Shown here one piece after another: positions 16,032 to 20,000 of a stretch of DNA of 20,000 nucleotides; within the stretch, counting starts at the first letter, position 1, and the number at the start of each line of letters is the position of its first letter. The translations under genes and the position numbers were made by a program. Origin of the DNA: an uncultured virus (IMG/VR IMGVR_UViG_3300042434_001127) (taxonomy: Duplodnaviria; Heunggongvirae; Uroviricota; Caudoviricetes). The stretch is from IMG/VR virus record IMGVR_UViG_3300042434_001127; one strand, 5' to 3'. The notes below the pieces were generated by a model that made no database searches, was not told the DNA's origin, and saw only the letters and a program-made list of their open reading frames with translations.

Positions 16032-16720
16032 AATTTTTTCCAATGTTTTTCATGGATATAACCCATTGAATATTTTAATTGATCTTCTTTTAAAATTAAA
16101 ATACAATCACCAACTATAGCTAATCTCTCCCCATTAAAATTTTTATCAATAGCTTCTGTGCCGTGTGGAAGCTTACTTGGAAAAATTATTATAGTACCTT
16201 CTTCAGGAGTTAATGAAAAAGATTGAGCATTGTGCTCATTGTATGAATTTACAAATGCACTATCTTTGTTTCTAGCTCCATGGAAAATATCAGAGAACAA
16301 ACTATTTGGTTCATGTATATTTAAAAATTTAAGTTTATGAGAATTTTTGGGAATATTAATATAGTATACAAATGATATATGACTACTTGAGTGTGTATGT
16401 GCTGGAATATGATATTCTGGATTTCTAGTTCTTGACAACCAAGTTTTAGTTATTGTAATATCAAATACATCTTTTAAGAGTAAAGTATCTTGAATATAAT
16501 TTTTTATATGTAATGAAATATTTTTAAATAATGGTTCTAAGTCTGCTTCTAAATGTAATAAAGGATTACCACATTCTTCGCTAACAGTTGTAATGTATTC
16601 AGTTTCTTCATAATCATATTTTGGGTACAAATTGTAAAAATATTTTTTGTTTTCTTCATGATTGGGCAACTCCCCAATATAAATTGTAGTGGGGAAAATT
16701 TTAACAGTGTCAAAGTGCAT
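16028..16720 (-). CDS. Putative 2OG-Fe(II) oxygenase (TIGR02466-like)
   Basis: IFPTTIY, TWL...HIPAHTHSSSHISFVYY, EEGTIIIFPSKLPHGT and RLAIVGD; the only credible minus-strand gene in the window. Confidence 0.85.
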   Translation of the reverse strand: MHFDTVKIFPTTIYIGELPNHEENKKYFYNLYPKYDYEETEYITTVSEECGNPLLHLEADLEPLFKNISLHIKNYIQDTLLLKDVFDITITKTWLSRTRNPEYHIPAHTHSSSHISFVYYINIPKNSHKLKFLNIHEPNSLFSDIFHGARNKDSAFVNSYNEHNAQSFSLTPEEGTIIIFPSKLPHGTEAIDKNFNGERLAIVGDCILILKEDQLKYSMGYIHEKHWKKF

Positions 16721-16754
16721 GTAAATAAAATCAGTATATTGTATATAGAATTTT

Positions 16755-16766
16755 GATAAATAAATA
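16755..16766 (+). promoter_or_regulatory. Late promoter (tandem ATAAATA)
   Basis: GATAAATAAATA about 30 nt upstream of the ATG at 16795. Confidence 0.65.
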
Positions 16767-16794
16767 AAAATAGGTAAAAATCCAACGTAGGAAT

Positions 16795-18399
16795 ATGTCT
16801 AATCCTTGGCAGCAAGTATTTGAGTCGCATAGAGACGCAATTGATCAAACCTATATTGCTGAAAAATATGGTCAGCATAAAGGCGATGATCAAGAAGAAA
16901 CTCAAGCACTTTACGATCTTCGTAATAAAATGAAGAACATGGGTAAGGATGCTGTTATTGCATACCTTAAGCGTTCTAAAATGTCTCCTGAGAGAAAGGC
17001 TAGACTTGCTAGGTCTTTGGGTGTAAGTGTTACTGAAGAATTTGTAGATGAGAGTGCAGCACAATTAATACGCCTTGGTTTAATGGCGGGAACTGCAGCT
17101 GCTGGTTCTCAACTTATTCCAGCTGCTAAAGGCATAAGAGATAAATTAAATCAAATTCAACAACAAAAAATAAAAGATATCAAACAGGTTGATCCTAATC
17201 TTAAGATGTCTTATGAGCCAGAAGGTGATTCATTAGACGAAAAAATTACCGCAAGCACAGATATTGGAACTGCTATTAGAGATTTTAGAGCATCAAAATC
17301 TCCACAGTTAGCTGGTAGATCAAGTGATGAAAGAAGAAAAGCAGCCATTGCTGCAGTTCTTCAAGCACGTAGAGATGCAGAAAAAACTAAAAACGAAGAA
17401 TTTGAATTGCAAGAAGAAGCCAAGATTCTTGTAAGAGTTACCAAAGAAGATGGATCAGTATTCCAGAAAAAGATTCCAGCTTCGGCACTTCAAGATTATA
17501 GAAAGAGATATAAGACTGTAGTTGTTGTTGGTTCCACTGAAGGTGGTTCTGGTAAAGATGCGAAGACATCAAATGTGAATGAAGAGAAAAAGAAAAAGAC
17601 AGCACGTTGGTGGGATGATGATGGTGATGGAGTTGGTTATGAGAAAGGAGAAGTTTCTGGTTCCTTTAAGAAAAAGAAGAAAACTAGAAAAGAAGAATAC
17701 TCCGATTGGAGATCAGAAAGTCCAGATATTGCTGAAGCAACAAAAGCGCAGAAAAGCGTAGAAGGAAAAGCCCACGCCTCCTATGAAAATGGAGAGGATA
17801 AAAAAAAAAGGAAAAAGAATGCCGATGAGTCCGAGTGTGATTGTTCACATGAAGTAAAAGAAGCTGCAGAACTTCTTGCACAAGAACTTGGTGCTGAATT
17901 TATTAACATTACAGAGAATGTTGGCAGAAAAATTTTACAAACTGTTTTAAAAACCGCAACTAAAGCTGCGCCTGCAGAACTGAAACTTGGTCAAACAGCT
18001 CCAGGGGCAATAGTAAAATACAAACCTCAAGTAACTGCAATTACAAAAGCAAAACCTGAAGTCACTGCAATTACCAAACCTGGAACAAAGCAGCAAACAG
18101 CTACTAAAGTAGATGCAAAAACTGGTGAACTTGTTAAAGTGGATGTAAAAACTGGTCAAATTGTTGTAGCAGATCCAAAAGTTAAAACGCAAACAAAAAC
18201 AAAAACATTAGCTTTACCATTAACACAAACTCAAACACAGACCCAGACATCAACTCCTGCTCCTCCAGCACCGCCGACAACTGGAAAGCCCCCAGCTCCA
18301 GGTCCAAAAGCAGGTAAAGGAGCTGGCAGATTGCCAAAAGTAAAACCAAGTCCAGGTTTATCTGATCCCGTTGCTCCAGCTTCGACAATTAAAGCATAA
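16795..18399 (+). CDS. Late modular low-complexity protein, probable virion/internal head protein
   Basis: 534 aa with many hydrophobic-x-E junctions, SYEPEG and EEYSDWR motifs, a DxDxDG motif, tandem repeats and a TQ/Pro-rich tail. Confidence 0.65.
   Translation: MSNPWQQVFESHRDAIDQTYIAEKYGQHKGDDQEETQALYDLRNKMKNMGKDAVIAYLKRSKMSPERKARLARSLGVSVTEEFVDESAAQLIRLGLMAGTAAAGSQLIPAAKGIRDKLNQIQQQKIKDIKQVDPNLKMSYEPEGDSLDEKITASTDIGTAIRDFRASKSPQLAGRSSDERRKAAIAAVLQARRDAEKTKNEEFELQEEAKILVRVTKEDGSVFQKKIPASALQDYRKRYKTVVVVGSTEGGSGKDAKTSNVNEEKKKKTARWWDDDGDGVGYEKGEVSGSFKKKKKTRKEEYSDWRSESPDIAEATKAQKSVEGKAHASYENGEDKKKRKKNADESECDCSHEVKEAAELLAQELGAEFINITENVGRKILQTVLKTATKAAPAELKLGQTAPGAIVKYKPQVTAITKAKPEVTAITKPGTKQQTATKVDAKTGELVKVDVKTGQIVVADPKVKTQTKTKTLALPLTQTQTQTQTSTPAPPAPPTTGKPPAPGPKAGKGAGRLPKVKPSPGLSDPVAPASTIKA
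18022..18081 (+). repeat. 2 x 30-bp imperfect in-frame tandem repeat
   Basis: aaacctcaagtaactgcaattacaaaagca / aaacctgaagtcactgcaattaccaaacct (KPQVTAITKA / KPEVTAITKP). Confidence 0.85.
18106..18165 (+). repeat. 2 x 30-bp imperfect in-frame tandem repeat
   Basis: aaagtagatgcaaaaactggtgaacttgtt / aaagtggatgtaaaaactggtcaaattgtt (KVDAKTGELV / KVDVKTGQIV). Confidence 0.85.
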
Positions 18400-18402
18400 A
18401 TA
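18395..18402 (+). promoter_or_regulatory. Late promoter (CATAAATA)
   Basis: NATAAATA motif overlapping the stop codon of the upstream gene. Confidence 0.65.
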
Positions 18403-18427
18403 ATTACATAATTTGCATGGAGTCACT

Positions 18428-18607
18428 ATGTCTGCAGCAATTGCTTGGGCATTAGCAAACCAAACTCTTATTGCCACCGTACTGCTTGCAGTATCTGAAC
18501 TTCTTGGCGCTAATCCAAAAGTTAAATCAAACGGTATTTTGTCGTTCTTACTTCTTCAGGCTCAAGAGCAACTGAAGAAAAGAGGTGGAAAGGATTTAAC
18601 TCCATAA
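18428..18607 (+). CDS. Small hydrophobic membrane protein (59 aa)
   Basis: RBS GGAG at 18419-18422 and ATG at 18428; hydrophobic segments LIATVLLAVSELLG and GILSFLLL, with a basic C-terminus. Confidence 0.7.
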   Translation: MSAAIAWALANQTLIATVLLAVSELLGANPKVKSNGILSFLLLQAQEQLKKRGGKDLTP

Positions 18608-18632
18608 AAAACAAAACGTAATATTATAATTT

Positions 18633-18664
18633 AAAGAGATCAGATCTAGAGATCTCTTTTTTTT
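18633..18664 (+). terminator. Probable terminator hairpin
   Basis: AAAGAGATC(18633-18641)/GATCTCTTT(18651-18659) plus a T-run. Confidence 0.65.
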
Positions 18665-18671
18665 ATAAATA
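18664..18671 (+). promoter_or_regulatory. T4-type late promoter TATAAATA
   Basis: Exact consensus 35 nt before the ATG at 18707. Confidence 0.8.
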
Positions 18672-18706
18672 TTCTTAGATAAAAATTTAAGTTATAGGTA
18701 AAGCAT

Positions 18707-19492
18707 ATGGCTCTCTGGGGCATTTCAACAACGACTGAAACTTCTGCTAATTCTTTTAATAGACCAAAGCATTTGTCGGAAGCTGATAGAAATAGAACAC
18801 CTCATAACTGTTTTGCAAACGGTCAGGGATGGGTATATAGAAATTATGGTACTAAGACTCATGGTGGACTATCTTCATCTTTCTATGATGAAATTCTTGT
18901 TCATATTGCAGGCTTGACAACTGCTGGTGGTGGAGCAAATACTAAAGGATTAGCTGTTGCAACTCCAACTGCAGTGTTCTTTGCAGATCCTAATAATGCT
19001 AGCCCTGTTAGTATTGGTGCTGGTGGTACTTCAGGAATTGGTACAGGAACTGTTGGAGAAGTCCATGTTGTCTATAATGAATTAGTATATGTCTCTGCTG
19101 GTGCTACTATTGGCATTAGACAAGTCAATGCCGCTGGTGTTACAACGGCAGCTACAGCTGGTGACATTGTGGGGACTGCAGCATCGGTAGGAAGATCAAT
19201 TCCTGTTAATGTTATTGGTGTACCTGCTAATGGTGCTGAGCGTAGCATCAAACAAAACTTTAATGGTCAAATTACCAATAGAGTTGTGTTCAGATTTACT
19301 GCCCCTACAGCACTTTCTGGAATTGGTAGTTTCTTATCAATCAATACAACTAGAGGAATTGTTGGAACAGGAACTGACTTAAATAACGTTGGCATTCGTA
19401 CCACTCTTGATGGTGTGATTAAGAACGTTGGTGGAAATGGATCTTCAGCTTCAGTAGGTATCGGAACAACTACATTAAGAATCAGAGCATGA
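18707..19492 (+). CDS. Probable virion structural protein (Gly/Thr/Ala-rich, beta-rich)
   Basis: MALWG N-terminus typical of cyanomyovirus structural proteins, a late promoter and GIGT-type segments. Confidence 0.65.
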   Translation: MALWGISTTTETSANSFNRPKHLSEADRNRTPHNCFANGQGWVYRNYGTKTHGGLSSSFYDEILVHIAGLTTAGGGANTKGLAVATPTAVFFADPNNASPVSIGAGGTSGIGTGTVGEVHVVYNELVYVSAGATIGIRQVNAAGVTTAATAGDIVGTAASVGRSIPVNVIGVPANGAERSIKQNFNGQITNRVVFRFTAPTALSGIGSFLSINTTRGIVGTGTDLNNVGIRTTLDGVIKNVGGNGSSASVGIGTTTLRIRA

Positions 19493-19493
19493 T

Positions 19494-19865
19494 ATGAGGT
19501 TTGATGAGTTGAATGAAAATAATTACATGATGTTTGCAATTAAACATTATGAAAACCCACAAGCAGTAACTCAAGAGGATTTTCTTGAGGACATGAAAAA
19601 ATTTAAGTATGTCAAAAGACTACTTAGAAAATATAAAAATGGTGGAGAATTGAAAACTCATTTACTCATCAATCATTTTTTGATACTTTATAATATTTTT
19701 GGAGAAGCTGCAACTCCATTACTGTTTTATAAAATTGACAGAGACTTATGGGGTATTGTAAAAACATTCATGGTGTTCTTGCAAAGATTCCCTGAGTATC
19801 CAAAATCAGTTTTGCATGATATTGAATTAGATTTTGAATGTTTACAACAACTACAAAACCTATGA
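19494..19865 (+). CDS. Conserved hypothetical protein of T4-like phages
   Basis: MRFDELNENNYMMFAIKHYENP...EDMKKFKYVKRLL...HLLINHFLILYNIFG, recognised as a widespread cyanomyovirus gene. Confidence 0.8.
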   Translation: MRFDELNENNYMMFAIKHYENPQAVTQEDFLEDMKKFKYVKRLLRKYKNGGELKTHLLINHFLILYNIFGEAATPLLFYKIDRDLWGIVKTFMVFLQRFPEYPKSVLHDIELDFECLQQLQNL

Positions 19866-20000
19866 ACAAACTCGATAGAATAATAAATATCATCAGATCG
19901 TTAAATGAAGAAGCACCCACAATGAGTTTGGGTGCGGGTAAAATAGCAGGAACACCTGAAGCTGGAGATCAACCGCCAGTAATAAATAAGTATCTATATT
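19862..20000 (+). CDS. Hypothetical protein, 3'-partial
   Basis: ATGA overlap with the preceding stop; MNKLDRIINIIRSLNEEAPTMSLGAGKIAG... stays open to the window end. Confidence 0.65.
   Translation, partial: MNKLDRIINIIRSLNEEAPTMSLGAGKIAGTPEAGDQPPVINKYLY

Noticed and set aside
16549..17064. 171-aa minus-strand ORF
   Set aside because: It overlaps two better-supported genes and the promoter region between them, and has a non-protein-like composition.
17800..17809. A10 homopolymer as a possible frameshift or phase-variation site
   Set aside because: It encodes a Lys run in an intact reading frame in an AT-rich genome, with no evident downstream stimulatory structure.
1..20000. tRNA genes, CRISPR arrays or an alternative genetic code
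   Set aside because: No cloverleaf or regularly spaced repeat was seen, and the core genes translate to full length with the standard bacterial code.

Overview
This window is from a T4-like myovirus genome, very probably a cyanophage (Synechococcus/Cyanobium-type; the host is inferred from gene content, not shown). It covers the DNA replication module: partial CobT/VWA-like gene, cobS, a DUF3310-like gene, gp45, gp44, gp62, regA, hsp20, gp43, uvsX, gp41 and mazG. It then enters a late-promoter region of probable virion genes. Accessory genes sit between the core genes: four different 2OG-Fe(II) oxygenases (one on the minus strand), a late-promoter Pol-beta-type nucleotidyltransferase, and a late cassette separating cobT from cobS. 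The leading candidates for new biology are: (i) late proteins with T4 capsid-targeting-like N-termini and repeated hydrophobic-x-E sites, suggesting protease-processed head cargo that may include the nucleotidyltransferase; (ii) a short non-coding late transcription unit upstream of hsp20 with two mutually exclusive folds; (iii) a locally divergent L2 loop in UvsX. All family calls come from motif recognition and recalled knowledge; no database search was run.
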